The position numbers and the translations under genes were made by a program. The notes beneath the pieces were generated by a model that was given only the letters and a program-made list of their open reading frames with translations, made no database searches and was not told where the DNA came from. Shown here piece by piece: positions 1 to 15,038 of a stretch of 64,000 bases of DNA (the stretch's first letter is position 1; each line of letters starts with the position of its first letter). The stretch is from Iphione sp. A-MEVVRFRX5 (lineage: Eukaryota), in the NCBI GenBank assembly GCA_976226885.1, contig OZ320318.1, forward strand, positions 35,402,001 to 35,466,000. Reading direction: 5' to 3'.

Positions 1-1284
1 AGGTTGGTCGATGTTTGTTTTTTTAAACATAGAAATGTTCCAGTGAAAATCATACACAGTACTTTTCAGCCCTGGAATTATCACTTCAACTGCTTGGATC
101 TTTATGAAGCATATATTGTATGAAATTTATGATGTATCCATGTATAACATGAGTCTGTAGCGTTTGTGTGCTTGCACTGTGGTATGGAATGTATCTGTTT
201 TCAATCACAGGTTATGTACAAGACAATTATACTTTACTATAAAACTGTCAAAATTGATACATAATTGATGTGCATTCGGTAGTCCTGAGATGTTATCAGA
301 AAAGATTGTGCTCAGATTTCTTATTAAAACATCTGTTTTCTGCACAGTCCCTCTGAGTCCTTCTTCATATACTGGTGTGTCGCGAATATTTGGTAGTATA
401 GTCAGGATATCATATTCCCTTTGGTAGACAGGATAGTAGCCTTTATATTGAGCCTTTCGGTGTACCGCACATTTCAGTATCATTATTTAAGGATGGAGCT
501 TTTTGGGGGGGGATACTGGCCATCTCCACGATGTGCCTTAAAATCTTTCTTTCATTAACTAGGATTTCCAGTCATCTACCTTATTGTGTAACTTACTGTA
601 CACCACAAATAAAACCAGAAAAATGATGGAAATTAAAACCTTTTCTAATACGTAAATGCTAATGGTACAAATGACAAGATAATATTTTTACCTGGGTATA
701 ATAATTATGATTCGGTCAGGAGACGTTGCCCCTTAGTCAGGAACGTTTGGATATGATCACAGGGTTAGTATTAAATACGAATCCTTATCAAGGTAGATAC
801 CATCTTCTCTTCCGAAATTGTATTTTATCTTAAATGTCGACCACAAAGTTATGCTATGAAACCTGCGCTGAATAACTGTACTCGACCTTACATGTTTCAC
901 AAGAATTATTCCTGTGCTACCTACTCCAACAATCTGAACCTATACATTAACCTATAAAAGACTACACCATATAGAATGGCCCCTCTATAACCAACAATTC
1001 TCCTTAACCGAATGAGTTTTTACTCATAATGTGTTCTCACAACTGACAAGACTGATAAGATTGACAGAAACATCAGGAATAGAAAGTGTCAGTTAAGGCG
1101 GGACCACTTTGTTAGCTATAACCCACTTTGTCATGAGAATAATCATCGAAGTATTAGTAAATGAATGTTCTGCATAACAGTGACCTCACATCTATATTAC
1201 ATTGGGAACCTACAACCAAACAGCACCATGGAAGTTTAAAGGTCACAACCCTCCACATAAACACTTGTAACTACAGAGGTATTT

Positions 1285-1306
1285 AATTCAATTCAATTCA
1301 TTTATT
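1285..1306 (-). repeat. LINE-type 3' tail (AATAAA followed by (TGAAT)n); degraded LINE body probably extends to ~2100
   Basis: Minus strand reads aataaatgaattgaattgaatt; a VPQG-like RT remnant lies near 2020. Confidence 0.4.
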
Positions 1307-2357
1307 AATCTTCTCTGCTAGTGTTACAGAGTTCTCACAGATTGATAGTGAAAAGAAGAAGCAGTAAAGATGGTATTTAAGTCAGTAAATTAAGACAGTA
1401 AATTAGTTGATGCAGTGCAGCATTATAGTCAAGAAACCATGGCATTAGAAAATAGCATAAGGTAATAAGGTATCACAGACACCTATATAATTATAGTGTA
1501 GATGTATCTTTGTAGCCAGTAATGTAAGGCGATGATAAAAAATAAAGGTTTAGGTTGAGATCAGTCTTATGGAGAGCATGATAAACACTCCAGTTGTAAG
1601 GCAAGGATTGATTGGATGGTTATTAATGAATAGCGATTTGATCACAGTCTTGGGTAAAACAAGTTTAGTTTAACAGTATAGCATTCATGAGCAGTAGGTT
1701 GTTGTTAATCAAAAACTATTATAATAGTTGCTATGCATTTGGTCAGACATGGGTATCGTGTGATGCATTAATAATCAAGCTATACATACAGTCTTATCAT
1801 CTCACTCTCACAAGCATTGATGGACAAGTGACCTGTACCTAGTTCATGATTGACTACATTCATTATTAGTAACAATTAATGAAAAGACTTGCTTTGAAGT
1901 AGTTTCGTTGCTTCCTTGTAAATACTGGAGACAAAGGTAATGGACTCAGTAGTAACATTAACTTCTCTGTGATGACTTTGTTATCTATGAACTATAGTTG
2001 TATAGCCTTGAGGAACTGAGATTTTACCCTTGGTCAATTCACTCCTTGAAATCAATAACTAAGGGTACAATATGCTGTGTTGCAGTAAGTCAATTGAAAT
2101 CACATGTATCACAGAAGCCTTGTTTATAGCACTGATCTAGTCACAAACAACACCCATGGCATAAGTTACAGGGCTACAGCACATTCATTTTTAAGGCCCC
2201 CACTGGCTTAAACCAGGTTGAGCCCATTCATGATTCTTTTGCTCCATATCGGTGCTGATTTTACTGACTCTGGAAGTGCATGCCACAGCTGTATCTCAAG
2301 GACCTGGCATACCTTGCATTATTGGGCTTAGAGACTGATGTGTTAACTGAGGTTCCA

Positions 2358-2600
2358 CTATGAGTGGATAGTCTCCTTTTTACTGGTAGAAGTCCTAGAG
2401 ACATTTTGGTTGTGGATCGCACAAACCCCCCTCACCATTACCAGTTCCTTTACCCGCATTATCCCCAGCTTGTCAGACAATGTCTTACTACTGATGAAAT
2501 TGGTCAGTCTGAAGACTGATCCGGGCACATTTGTTTTGGTGTATTTGCACCTCCACCAGGCGACCTTCAGAGAGTCCAAAGTAGAGTGGAGCATGGTAGG
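2358..2600 (-). mobile_element. 3' RT fragment of an L2/Daphne-like LINE
   Basis: ISSKTLSDKLGIMRVKELVMVRGVCAIHNQ aligns with LSATRMASRFGIPRVEKLIRCRGIIATHNQ of the LINE ORF at 55261-55905. Confidence 0.6.
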
Positions 2601-5600
2601 TGATGTGGGGCATGACTAAGGCTTTGTAAAGCTTTAGTCTGGTTTGGAGTGGGATGAGTTGCTTAATTAAAGCAAGAGATTTCTAAAGTGCCATGATAGA
2701 ATTATTAACCAAGCCATTCAGGGTGCCACACACATTTCTAAAGCAGTATTTACTTGTCAAAACATAATTAAATAACACACTTTTTACAAGTTAGTAGTAC
2801 AGACATGGTCACTCTCCGTCATATTCCTCTACAGATGACAAAAAAGTTCACTTGGAATATTCAATCCTTAACAGTAATAAACCATAACTGTATAATCATA
2901 GGGGCTAAAGACAAACACTTTATGCTACCTATAATTATTATGGTTACAAAAATAAACCTACCAGATGTAACCAGCTGTGTTACTCTATTGTCTGGTTAAT
3001 TAAGCCGTTATTCACCATTTACAAGGTAAGCTAAAACTCATGAAACTAGCTACAACCTTCTTTATTTCCAGCTATCCAACTGTATCTTGTAGTCCTATCA
3101 CCTTTAGAATAAAGACAAATGATTCAAATGCACGTGGATAACTTTCATCTGGTTAGTCTATGCAGAGCCAAGTATCTTTTATGAGTATAGATAAATTTAC
3201 GTTTATCTGTTCGTATATATGTTACACTGTGAGACTATTCACTGATGTACTTGCATACCGTTAGTGGCAATGGGAAATGCACTTTGCCAGTCTGATTGTT
3301 TTAAACAAGATTAGTCTACGTCCCTATGTATGATGAGACAAGGAAAGCACTACGACTATGGCAAAAGACTTCAGATGTTGACTTTGAAAAAGCTGGATTG
3401 TTGGAGATCCAAGGAACACCAAAGGCCAACACTCCCTGGTCTATGTACTAAATCCAAGGAATTTACTCTATGTCCCTTAAGTCTCAGAGGAATGTTGTAA
3501 TACAGGCTGTTTCATTGGGGAAACATCGCAAACTTTGCTGTGTATGAATAGACAGACATTCGCGCCTCAGTGGAGGACTAAAGGACCAAAGGACCCTGTG
3601 GTTCTGTTAATACGAGTAATGGTCCAATGAGATCAGTACCAATCAGAAAAAAGAAGCAGAACCGGGAACACGGGGGCTTTAAAATAATTGAGGATAAGAG
3701 GGCCTTCAGGCGCCCGCATCGGTCTCGGTAAACAGAGCCGTGATGAGCAATAATTTGTATTTGCTGGTACTTGGGAGATATATCTATATGTTTCACATGA
3801 TAGATATTCGCTGTGCATAGGTGTTTGTTGAATTCGTTTCGTTACTAAAAACGAAGTATTTCCTAAAGATACTGTGCAATAAAATTCGTAAAAGCAAAAA
3901 ATATCAATTTTAAATGCATATACCTAACAGTCTTTTCACAATTTTTTGGACCCACCCATGGCTTAATAATATGGAGAGTGTGAGCAATATAATTGTACAC
4001 TCAAAGTAGACCATTTGCAGTACGATCTTTGAACTACACTAACAAATGAAGAAACTCTAAGCCCCGCTCCCTTCCCACAGCTACAGTGGTGCATGCTGCA
4101 AACATAAACAAAGCTTAGCAAAATGTCTTCAGCTCATTTCCCTTTGTACGAGAGGGGAGCCGGCTGCCGGTACATCTCCATAGACATGCACAGCACTAGC
4201 TCAGCAGGAGGCCCTGGTGATCCCACTTATCGAGCACGAACTTCTAGATTGTACTACTACACATCATGATGCATTAATGAATACATAATAATATATGAAA
4301 CGTTGGCATCAAACTACCAAACACAAGTATTCTCTGGAACTACATGATATCTACCACCCTCTGGGTGTGCTTCACATTTTTCATGGACCAGGAACATCCA
4401 CTACCAGAGTTGGTGTGCTTGCACTGAGGTATTGCATTTGACTTGTCGTTTATAGTATGAATTAAGATGAGAATTAACATACCTATTAATGCAATGAATA
4501 TTGGTAATAAATGCACACAACTCGTAATGCTTCCATGTGATGCTCTATTGTAGTAGGTAGCACATATCACTAAGCGGCAACAGCGACCTTATGTAGTTTT
4601 TCGTACGTCGGCAACACTGTTGGACCGTCCATGTTTTCTACATGTTAAAATATATAGAACACACTATGTCCGTATGAAATGCCAAAAAAAACGTCATAAT
4701 AATAATTGCTTGTCACACTATATACAGCGAACCTGTCCTGTTTTGTATAGGCCACTTGCGTTTGTACTGACAGAGAGACTGACACCACACAATAATAGTC
4801 CACGCATGACAGTTTTGTTGCAGAGGCTGGTAGTACGTATACTGCTCAGAACTAAAACTTTGTTCTAACCGAATAACTGTATGCATTCTAATCGAATATG
4901 ATTCGTGCTGATGCGAAAGAACAGTTTTCTCCAAGAACCTTACTTTAAAGGTTTGATAGAACGAATACAAATGGATGTGATCAATATCCACCTCCATGTC
5001 GATGGTTCACTGTGGTGTAGTCAGTATTGGGGTCTTTAGTTCTGCGTCTTAAAATGGAAGAAACTCTTGAAAAACACTTGTTACACTGACTTTGCATTTA
5101 CAAGTCCTCCCCAGCACTCTCAAATTGTAGAATTATAATTAAGAGTGGTCTTTGCAGGTCCCACTCTTAAGGTAGAATTGGCTGTTGCTTCCAGTGGTCG
5201 TATTGTAGGGTTTGTACTGTGTATGTCCTCAGTTATAGTAACATCTCTGGTATATCCTAATTCCGTAGTATAAGTCACAAACACACATCATGATCAGTTC
5301 ACACTCTTCATCTGGTAGAAGGTAAAATGATTAAGCAACTATGCTCGATCTCTCCATCAAAAGGTTAACTCATCTGAAGAACATATTTCTCTCTGATGTT
5401 TCAACGTAAGTTATAGTACATTCTGAGTCAGATGCGTCCAGTATACATTTCATCCCTAGTAGCATGGGATATCGGTATTGAGTTAAAGAAAATGGTATAT
5501 TTATGACGATACACGAAACGGTATACATGCACTTCCAACCTTTTAAGAGTCGTGTGCGTATGAATATATTTTTGGCACAAAAACGAAGAAATTATTTCAT

Positions 5601-6289
5601 GTATAGTACTCACAGATGCCCGTCTGGCTCCCTCCAGCTCCGGTCACCTACAGTCCCAATGTTGAGGGCTCGAGTCAACCAGTAGTCCTAGTCGGGGGTT
5701 ATTATATGACTGAAGTACCCGCACTATATAATGGCTTGTTTCGTCTCCAGCAAAATACCTCCTTGTTATCTTTCAGAGGCCATGGGCTTAATACAAACCT
5801 CCTCATATTCACTGATAAAATGAGGGGTAAATGAGCCATCATGACAATTATTTCCCTGACGACAGGCGTCATTCCAAATATATCTGAAGGAATTGGGTCA
5901 CCAGAATTGGAGGGGTGATATGACAATGCATAGCCCACATATTCTACACGATCTGACCTAAAGTGTACAGATAACTACTAAACATGTATGCGACCGTCAT
6001 AACCTCTGAAAATACTTGTTACTTAGCTCGGCACTGGGGCGAAAAAGTACGTATTATGTTTAAATTCCGTAGAAGTGAATTCTGTCAGGTAATTAGATTC
6101 ATAATATAATCATTTGTTGAAGTTTCTTTATTCACACTTCTTCTGATACAAATACGAAAGTTCTACTAATGAAACAGAACAAAAATGTTAACAAGGTACA
6201 TGTACACAATAAGAATAAAATAGAAAGAACAGAAAAAATGAAAAAGAGAAAAAAAGACATCGATAACAAGAAGTTATGATATAACATGA

Positions 6290-6690
6290 CACGCCTGAGA
6301 CTTCAGACTCCTATCATACATACAGAGCTTATTTGAATGCTGACTTTAGTCTAGATTTGAAAGATTTTATATTTTTAGCCAATTTCTATTCCATAGACCC
6401 ACACCTGAGTACCAGAAACAAGATTTAAAGGCTGTTGTGTTGAGCTTTTTTTACCTGAATTAAAATGGATACACTCTTTCTTGCTCTTCTCCTGTGACTC
6501 TTCTTTGTACACATGCCTAGGAGATGTAACCTATGCATAAGGCACATATAGAGAGTTTTTGCCTCTCTCTTCTAAGGTTTCTGGTTTAATTAGCCTATGT
6601 AGAGTCAAAGCACTTTTCCTTACATTTTGCAGACTCACAACTGACTTCAGTGATCTATTACACTCTAGTTGCAGGATCTTTACTAGCTTC
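6290..6690 (-). mobile_element. Degraded CR1/L2-group LINE 3' remnant
   Basis: Broken frames LQLECNRSLK...LHRLIKPETLEER and SGTQVW resemble the post-RT region of CR1/L2-group LINEs. Confidence 0.35.
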
Positions 6691-7120
6691 TCATGAGTTA
6701 TAGAAAATGGTAAACAAGTCGATCAAAGGCATGATGAATGATTTAAATTACCTTGATTTATCCTTGAAAGGCAATCATTGTACTGATTACCATAAAAGGT
6801 AAAAAGTCTTAATCTTGATTTTCCTGGATACCTCTTGGACGGAAAAATGGACGGTAAGAATTCACACGTAGAAAGTAACCCCAAACTAATGAGGTATTCC
6901 AGTATGCTCAGGCGTCAGACATCATAAATATGGAACTACATCAGCGGTTGTGTTGGCCGAGCAACATTCCATATCAATTTTAGTGGTAAGCATAGAAACC
7001 ACAGCACCAAGAAACCCTGAGCTGAACATCTCGAGTGGAACCTTGCTGTCCTGACCAAGGCCCCTGATCTCATGTAGGTGCATTATCATTCATACAACAC
7101 TTGCAAATAGCGTACGTATA

Positions 7121-7224
7121 CAGTCCAACCTTGTATAGGCGACCAGCCTTCTGACTGGAGGACTTTTGGTCGTTCCCTGACATTGGTCTTCCCTGTGAGT
7201 TAGTCTTTAAAAAGGTATTGACTG
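7121..7224. mobile_element. Small Tc1/mariner-type MITE
   Basis: TA|CAGTCCAACCTT ... AAAGGTATTGACTG|TA: imperfect TIRs with TA on both sides. Confidence 0.45.
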
Positions 7225-8848
7225 TACCTCAGGTACAGGACGATTACCTCAAAATCGATTCATAGTATTATTTTCCCACACCATAACGATAACACATTAT
7301 TACCCTCTCATGTCATTCCCAATTCGCAGCATCCCTGATTCAAGTACTCATATATCTCCCTGTAATGAAAGTAATTGGCTTGATATTTGCAGACATTTAA
7401 GACATATCTATCTTCTAATGCTACACTACAGGTTAAAACCTAGATGTTCTGGCCTTTTTAAGATGACAGAGGGTATCCGTGGTTGTGGCATGGGTTTCCG
7501 ATAGCATATGTTGGCGATACAATAATAGGTATCCATTATTCATAGTACTAGGAAAAAGAAATTTGGATTTTTTTTAGATTAAGAAGCAATGTATTATACC
7601 AGCAGAGAGAATTTGAAGCAGAATACTAGGTTTGGTATGTTCTCAGTTCCACATTCTCTGCGCTTTATTCCTTAACAAAAATGTAACAAACCATTTGTGT
7701 AATGTTTCCATAAGCGGATGTTTTTCGCAGTTTTGAAATGTATATGGCAGCTACCTCTGGCAGATAACAACATAGATCGGTAACGATGGGTTGATCAATA
7801 AATGTAGATAGTGTAAAGGTAATATTGCCTTGTTATGCTTCATTTAGATCTATTGCTCAGTTAACACAGTAACATATCCATGCAACATATACCTACTAAA
7901 AGTGATTTTTACAAGATCGGAGAACATCCTAGTAATTGTGATGAATAAATATGTCCACAGGGAGCTTAAAAATATTAGTACTGAATGGCGATGAAATACT
8001 GTAAAACGTTCGGTAAATATCCCTTATGTATTGCTACATCGTCGCAGGTTGGAGGTACGCATTGATGTTTCGCTTTACAGAGGTCTGTAAAGATTAAGCG
8101 ACATTTTATAGGTGTGTATGAATCCTGAGTCAGGCAAGATGGAAAAATAATTATGAAGACGTCAGCAGGAATCGAAGCGTCAAATTGCTATGAATATCGA
8201 AAGGACATCAAAAAAGCAGATTTGATAGCATCTAATTATGGGCGAATGCGATGATGGACAGTTGGTCACGTGACTATATAATGCATGTAGTATCATTCGT
8301 CACTGCTCTGTGAGTCCCCGCCATGTACATCGTGTGGGATCCGATAGTATTCGTGACTGGGATAGTTTGGATGACAGTCGACAGTTCGCAAGCGAACAAA
8401 ATTATTAACTACCATTGTTATTGTCCGATCTCCAAATACCATACCGTAGCTCACATTTATTGTACTTGGTTTTGTTGACAAAAATATATCTGACAATGGC
8501 GTCAATATCCATTATATGAATGCTAATTTCAACCATAAAAATGAAGAATTGTAGAATCAGAAAGCTTAACAGGGAAGTGTTTCACTTGATAGCTACGAGC
8601 ATTATGCCCAGTTTCTAGGACGTTTTTCTTACTGGAGTTAAGATCGGAGTTAAGTGTGGAGTTAACTCCAGTTTGAGATATATTGCCTCTTGAATATTTT
8701 ATTCAGACTTTTCAAGTAAAAGGTTACCTAAAGCTACATGATAATTTATGAAAATGTACAGAAACCCAAATCTGTGTCATTTATGATTTATTTTTATCAA
8801 TTTATTGTGGGTGTGTTTGCCCCAGTGTATCATATGCCATACATCCTG

Positions 8849-9790
8849 TTACTGGAACTCTTCATAAAAAAAGGTGGACAACATGGTAAGATCACACGGC
8901 ATTAGGGCTGTGCATTGTCTAATGGGACTAGGTACGCTAAAAGAGGCCCGAGTAACCAAGACACGACTTGGGAGTGGTCTGATGGGAGTGAGGGGCTCAG
9001 TAATCAAACCAAAAAGTGCCCCCTTCTCTAGGAGCCTTAGGCACCAAGGAGTCCTAGACTGGAACTCTCTAGGGCGAGACCTGAAAAGGGCTGGAAGACT
9101 CTCCCTCACTCAAATCGAGCATGCAATGCCATATGGCCAGCAATCTCTAGGATAACTGTTCTGGAAGGGACAGTAGTCTGACACTGAACTACTGCAGTAA
9201 TGCCAGACACAACGTGGAAATAAGGGTGCCCCCCCCTATTAACACAATACGCAACCATCACGGCTGACTTACTAACTGACAGTGACACTAGTTGACAGTT
9301 TCCAGCCCCCAGCCACTTGCTTTTTACCTGAGTACACCGACTATCAGTCTTGAGCACCACTCAAGCTCAGACTACTATGACGTCCCTGACTGCCAACCAA
9401 TCCAGCTATGAACACTCGGCCGATTGTCTTATCTCCTTCTACACCAAAACTTAGCTACTTAGCACTCCTGTATACCTTACCTGTGTTGCTGTTCTTATAT
9501 GACTGAAGTACACTGAAACAGCAGAGTTTGTAACCGAACATAACATTAACAGGAAACTAGCACATGCTATGACTTATAGTTTGATAAACACCATTTGTAT
9601 ATGTTAATTACGGACTTATGCATGAAGAAACTGCGTTATATTGTTTAATGCAAACTGACCCCATTACCTCCTTGTAATTGATGTTTACTCTACATTGAAA
9701 TCTCTTTCCTCATATTGTGCTGTGATAACTCTGGAATGTATTCGGAGAGGCTCAATAAACATATTCAATATTCAATATATTCAATAAAGA
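8849..9790 (+). mobile_element. 5'-truncated L2/Daphne-like LINE (RT C-terminus, 3' UTR and tail)
   Basis: MVRSHGIRAVH...KTRL...RSLRHQGVLDWNSLGRDLK matches the IRCRGIIATH...KTRL...SLRYLGVSYWNELP end of the copy at 54521-55905; aataaacatattcaatattcaat tail at ~9755-9785. Confidence 0.55.
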
Positions 9791-11179
9791 GGTTGTTTTT
9801 AACACTTCCTATGTAAAAGAAAATATTTGAAATTATGCTGTTTTTGGAGAATCTTCATATAAATTCAAAATATCAATGTTTAGTCTGATATCCTATTTTA
9901 CAACCTTTATTCCTTTTTTGAAAGTGATAACAGAAGACAGAAACAGCAAGTCATCTGTGTTGTAACTGCTTTGAAACTCTAAAAATGGCAAAAAACAGGG
10001 TTAACCCCCCAAATTTGTGGAGTTGAGTTGATCTGGATAAACACCAAAAAGTTGTGTTCTAGAAAGAGGATTAACCTCCTGGTTATCCAGATAATAGTTA
10101 ATCCAAATTAAAAAAAAAAACATCCTAGAAACCGGGCATTAGTGTACGTCCTACACGATGGAAAGCATTTATATGTTTGATTGCTCATACTAAATTGTGT
10201 TTGGGAGAACCGCATACTGATTATTACATGGTCAGCTTGCTTTTCTGTCCAGTTTACCTGGAAGATTATCATCAAAAGAAAAATGGGACTTGGAGTTGCC
10301 CCTCTTGTCACTAATGAACATTGGGCACGGACACTTTCTAATAATATACGCTGTGCACTTAATATGTATTTTGAAACGATATAGAAAGGGATAATACACC
10401 ATGGTCAAAATTACTTTATTGCCATCCCGGGAATGATGCAGCTAGTACATGTTATATATAATTAAGAAACGTTCCGAAACAAATGATGAGTCCTAAATTG
10501 TTATGATGGGCTATTTCCACTTAGCTATCATCTTATTGCTTCATGGATGCTAGCAATTTGTACACGAATATTGATACACGCATATACACCAAATTTTCAT
10601 GTGAAACTCTTCCTCTACACACGGAAGGGGTCGCCTTTTACAGTTGTGCCTCTATTAACCTTTCTTTCTGAGAGATAATGCATAGTACGTGTGTTTGCAT
10701 GACGCTGGTTGCAAAATAACACATCGTCTTTCTAATTTGAACATGATGTTCGATATAAGTATATCCCGTTATGGAATATGGGTATCCTGAGAACCTAAAA
10801 AAATTGAAGTTGATAAAGCAACATAATAATTCGAATAACAATCAGAAGATTTTGATATGCGTTATACGTATAGATGCTTCTGTTGTGGATCCGGCAAAAC
10901 CAGGAACAAAATAGAGGAGACGTATATCACTCAATGAACCTCAGACTCAGTGTATCTCCAATAAAAATGTTTTGACATAGCAGTGATACCACACATTGCA
11001 TTGTAACACAACTCCAGATGACACAGGCTTCCAAGTTAGTTGATGCTTTATTGTGACAGAGTAGACACATACAGGTAGCAGATGGAGCTGTCAAAAAGGC
11101 TGGAGGATTCAAGAATATTATATACCAATAGTTCAAGAACCTTATGTGTGTGTTTGCAACCTTCCAGTCATAGTTTGTT

Positions 11180-11235
11180 ACCATAGGTACATAGTTCACA
11201 ACCATAGGTGCATAGTTCACAACCTTTCATAACCT
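11180..11235. repeat. Short 21-bp tandem repeat (catagttcacaaccataggt)
   Basis: About 2.5 adjacent copies visible. Confidence 0.6.
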
Positions 11236-13327
11236 TAGGTCATAGGAAACATTAACTCTGACCTAGGCCCATGCCCTGGGTCATGACTGGTCAAATTTTT
11301 AATTAACCCCTGGTCCCACCCTAGCAGCCTTTGTAATATATGTCTTTTCTAGGTGTGAGCTGTCAACACCTACCCTGGAATTACCATGAAATTGCTCATT
11401 CCAATGTAGCATTTGTTATGTCCACATGCCACTTTTTGAGTTTCTGCTCTGCCAGACTGTCGGTGTCCGACTATCGATGGGACCACTTAGTAACATGGCA
11501 CAGCTGTTTTATTCACATGAACAGCACTTAAAGACATATAGCTGTACACTTTACAAGGAACTCTCTTTCTATTTCAGCACGATTAACAGGAATAGTATAA
11601 CATTATCTTAAGCATAAGTTATTATCTTAACTATCACATAATGCTATCTCATTCTGGCATAAGACTTCCAATCTATTGTCTGAATCATACATTATCCCAC
11701 TTACGTTCTTTCAATCACAATGTACAATAAATGCACAAAATATGTCCATACATTCATTTGTCCATATGTCCAAATGACTAGATGTCTGAATGTCCAAATA
11801 TGTGGATGTCTGCACAACCATCACAATATCTTTATTTAACACACTCTGTTCTTTTATTGAATGGGAAAGCTGCAAAACGTGTAGAATCCAAGTGTTTTTG
11901 ATTGTAATCATGACCGACCAAATTATTGTTGTGGTTTGAATTTAGGAGAAATAAAATGGAGGACCTGTAGAGGTTTAACCTTTTCACAATGAAATACTAC
12001 GTAAGTAGGGCTTTTCTGGCTAGACCATGCACTGACAGAATTAACCAATTATGTATGTTCATGATGGTTAGAGGTGCACATTATGGAGTTATTATAAGGT
12101 ATAATTACTTTCATTTTTTAAATAAGCTAGACAATTGCAAACCAGAGGCAAACTTACACTTGTACAATCTATATGTGTAAATCCTGACTGATAGTAATGC
12201 TTTCTTTTCGTAAATGCTCCCTGAAAATACTAAGAAAAGGGCACCAGTCACAAAAGGAAAATGGTGGTTAAAAACAGATGGACAAGAAACCTACAAAAAG
12301 GTTTTATTGTGCGTAAAGTTTCAGTAAAATGGCATGAAAAGTATATCAGAATAGCGACTGCGTATTTTGTCTTGTGACATGTGGAGAGATTAAACCACTG
12401 TGGGAATGGGTTCCACCTCTCTAACTTTGTCATTTAATTTTTCACACCTGTCACACTATCTCCATCTGAAAGGTATTTCTTTCAGAAAACTGTGGCATTG
12501 TCCTTTCTGTATTCAAATGGTTAATGTGTCACGTTTCCAGTATGGTACCCTCGTGTAAAAGGGCAGCAAAACCTAAATAAAATATTTCATTTGAAACCTC
12601 CCTCTCTGTGGACTTTTAACTAAAAAATGCTACACAGGTTAGGATATTTTATTAGGGTATTTTTTAAAAGTCTATGTTTAAGATTTCGAAATATCAGTAT
12701 GAAGGAAATACAGGAAAAGAAAAGTATTTTCGATGTTTACGGTTTTCCCGCATATTGCAGAAAATGTGGACAAAATGTGTTGTAGAGAACAAAATGAATG
12801 CATTAGCATTACCGATGTCTCTATGTACGTCATGTGGAACCAAAGTATGTATGAAAACATCCTGGGTGAATTTCTTGAAAAGAACAAATATTTGCGATGC
12901 ATGTTGCAACAATATGCTTATGATTTCAGTGATTGCTTTGCCAACAATAAGAACTTGAAGTTAAAGAAATGGAAGATGCTGTTCTGCTCGAAGGGCAACT
13001 CACGTATCCATGATCTGGGGTATATATATATTGTATTCGTACCCTTCAATATAGACCACGTAGTACTGTAAATTTATCAATTGACTATAGACGCTAAATC
13101 TTCAGTAAAAATGTGTTTCATGCTTGTTAGCAAAAGATGAGCATTTACTTACAATCCTGATTTACAGCAACAAACTATCAAATGTCTTTTTTTCACTTAC
13201 AATACCTTGTGAGAACGTATTTGGCTGTGGCGTGGCTTTACGACACAGATACGGACTCATGGAGCCGACTGCATGTACGCCTCTAAGGGGAGCAGTGTCC
13301 CTCGTCCAGTAGAGTGGTTGCCACGTA

Positions 13328-13735
13328 ATTGAGATTGAGATTGAGATTGAGAATAGTTTATTTTCTTAAATATACTTATACAAAGTACTGAGATTGTCAG
13401 TATGTGAGTATGAATGTGTTGGAGAATGCGGGAATGTAAGTGCTATTGCATAAGTGCCAGTGAATAAGTGTGTGGTTTGAGTATGCGTGTGAGAGCGAAG
13501 ATGTATGACCGTTTGAGTGCGGGTAATAGAGTATGTTAGTGAAAATATGAGTTTGGTGTCCTAAGTGAGTGTACAAATGAGCATGTCTGAGTATGGGAAG
13601 TTAGTTAGCATGAGTGCGTGAGTATATGTATGAGCGTACACTTACATAAGTGTGTGTGAGTGTGGATGTAAGGGACAACTGTAGTGTGTGTATGAATGTG
13701 AATTTGTATGAATTAATGTGACTGTATGTGTGAGT
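13328..13735 (-). repeat. LINE-type tail (AATAAA + (CTCAAT)n) next to a GT/TGAG-rich low-complexity tract
   Basis: (attgag)x4 at 13328-13351 followed by tttatt; degenerate tgtgag repeats continue to ~13735. Confidence 0.45.
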
Positions 13736-15038
13736 ATATAACTGGCTTCTCTCCCTGTAGTGTTCACGGGATATATGGGCACTAGTCAGTCCCGTCCCTC
13801 GACTGCTGCATTCCCACGACGATCTACAGCCCCCTCCCCCAGCTCGCCGCATAGCAGTCACTAAACAGCCGGTGATCGACCGTGAAAAATTAGGTCAATC
13901 TTATAAACTAATCACAAAACGTCAACTAAACGCTACTCTTCCACTGACTACCTGCACATGCGAGGTATGTTACATGGATTCCTTTGGTTGATCTACATGC
14001 TACTCTTAAAGATGCTGACAAGAAGTAAAGGGAAACATGAAGGGCATAAACCAAGTAAACATGAAGGAAGTATACATGATACATGATTGTACATGATTGC
14101 CCATGGGCTGGACCATAATTTTTATGATCAAGATGAAGCCAGTTGACGCACACTGAAAACTGTTGACCAGTGATCAGGCCAAAAAAGAGATATATGTTTC
14201 CGGTAACCCGAATGACTCGATATTTTGGTCATTTGAAACTGTTTATTTTTCAATTTTTTGTGTACAACTTCAGAATGATTGATGATAGAGACATGTGCTA
14301 TAAGCCATTTTGTTGCATATATTATCAGCTTCCATTTCATATAGGTATCATTAATATCTAATTGGTAAACATATATTATCATTTGCAATTTTTTCTTTGA
14401 GTATGAATTAACATAGAAAAAGAAGAATAAAAATAGAATACCACTGACCTACCACCCGCCCCCCTTTATTCAGCATGTTACCGGAAAGACAAATCTATTT
14501 TTAGGCCTCAGTGGATGGAATATATTGTAGCTATGTTTTACCATTGTCAGCCTCTTTCCATTAACAAAAAACTGACTAGTGGATAAGTAACAGCACTATG
14601 TGGTTCGAAATTCATTCAAGCATTTATTATTATTATTTCTAGGACTTACGTACAATCATTTACCAACGGACATTGTTTGCGAGTGACGCCTACTCGACAT
14701 TAATGAATTATTCCATTCGCAATAATATTATTCGGATGTCATGTACAGTTGTTCAATTGCAGAGGCATTTGTTGATGCTGTTCTGGCACTTCTGCACACT
14801 CCAAGACGTCGACAATCCAGTCTACAGAATGTACTATGTTGTTCTTGACCAATGATCATATTCATTATTGTCTTGAGCATTTTGCTAAAATCAAACGAGT
14901 ATTATTTAACACGAAATCTTCGTGCAAAGAGGGTCAATTCCTTCTCAAAGGATGTGGAATCTATTTGTATGTACCTACTATGTCCACCTGCCCGTCTCCA
15001 TTTCCTTTGTACTGTTCAGATACAGGGTTTTCACAAAG

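Noticed and set aside
205-483. 92-aa ORF with ILKC..H..QYKG, vaguely GIY-YIG-like
   Set aside because: No downstream R/E/H residues or Penelope RT context recognised
700-760. Penelope-type hammerhead-like motif (ctga..gaa)
   Set aside because: The CUGAnGA/GAAA core is incomplete and the stems are not convincing
4340-5720. Scattered exon-like segments (TM-like LLPIFIALI, C-type-lectin-like DYWL..DG)
   Set aside because: Phases could not be joined and no family motif was strong enough to support a gene
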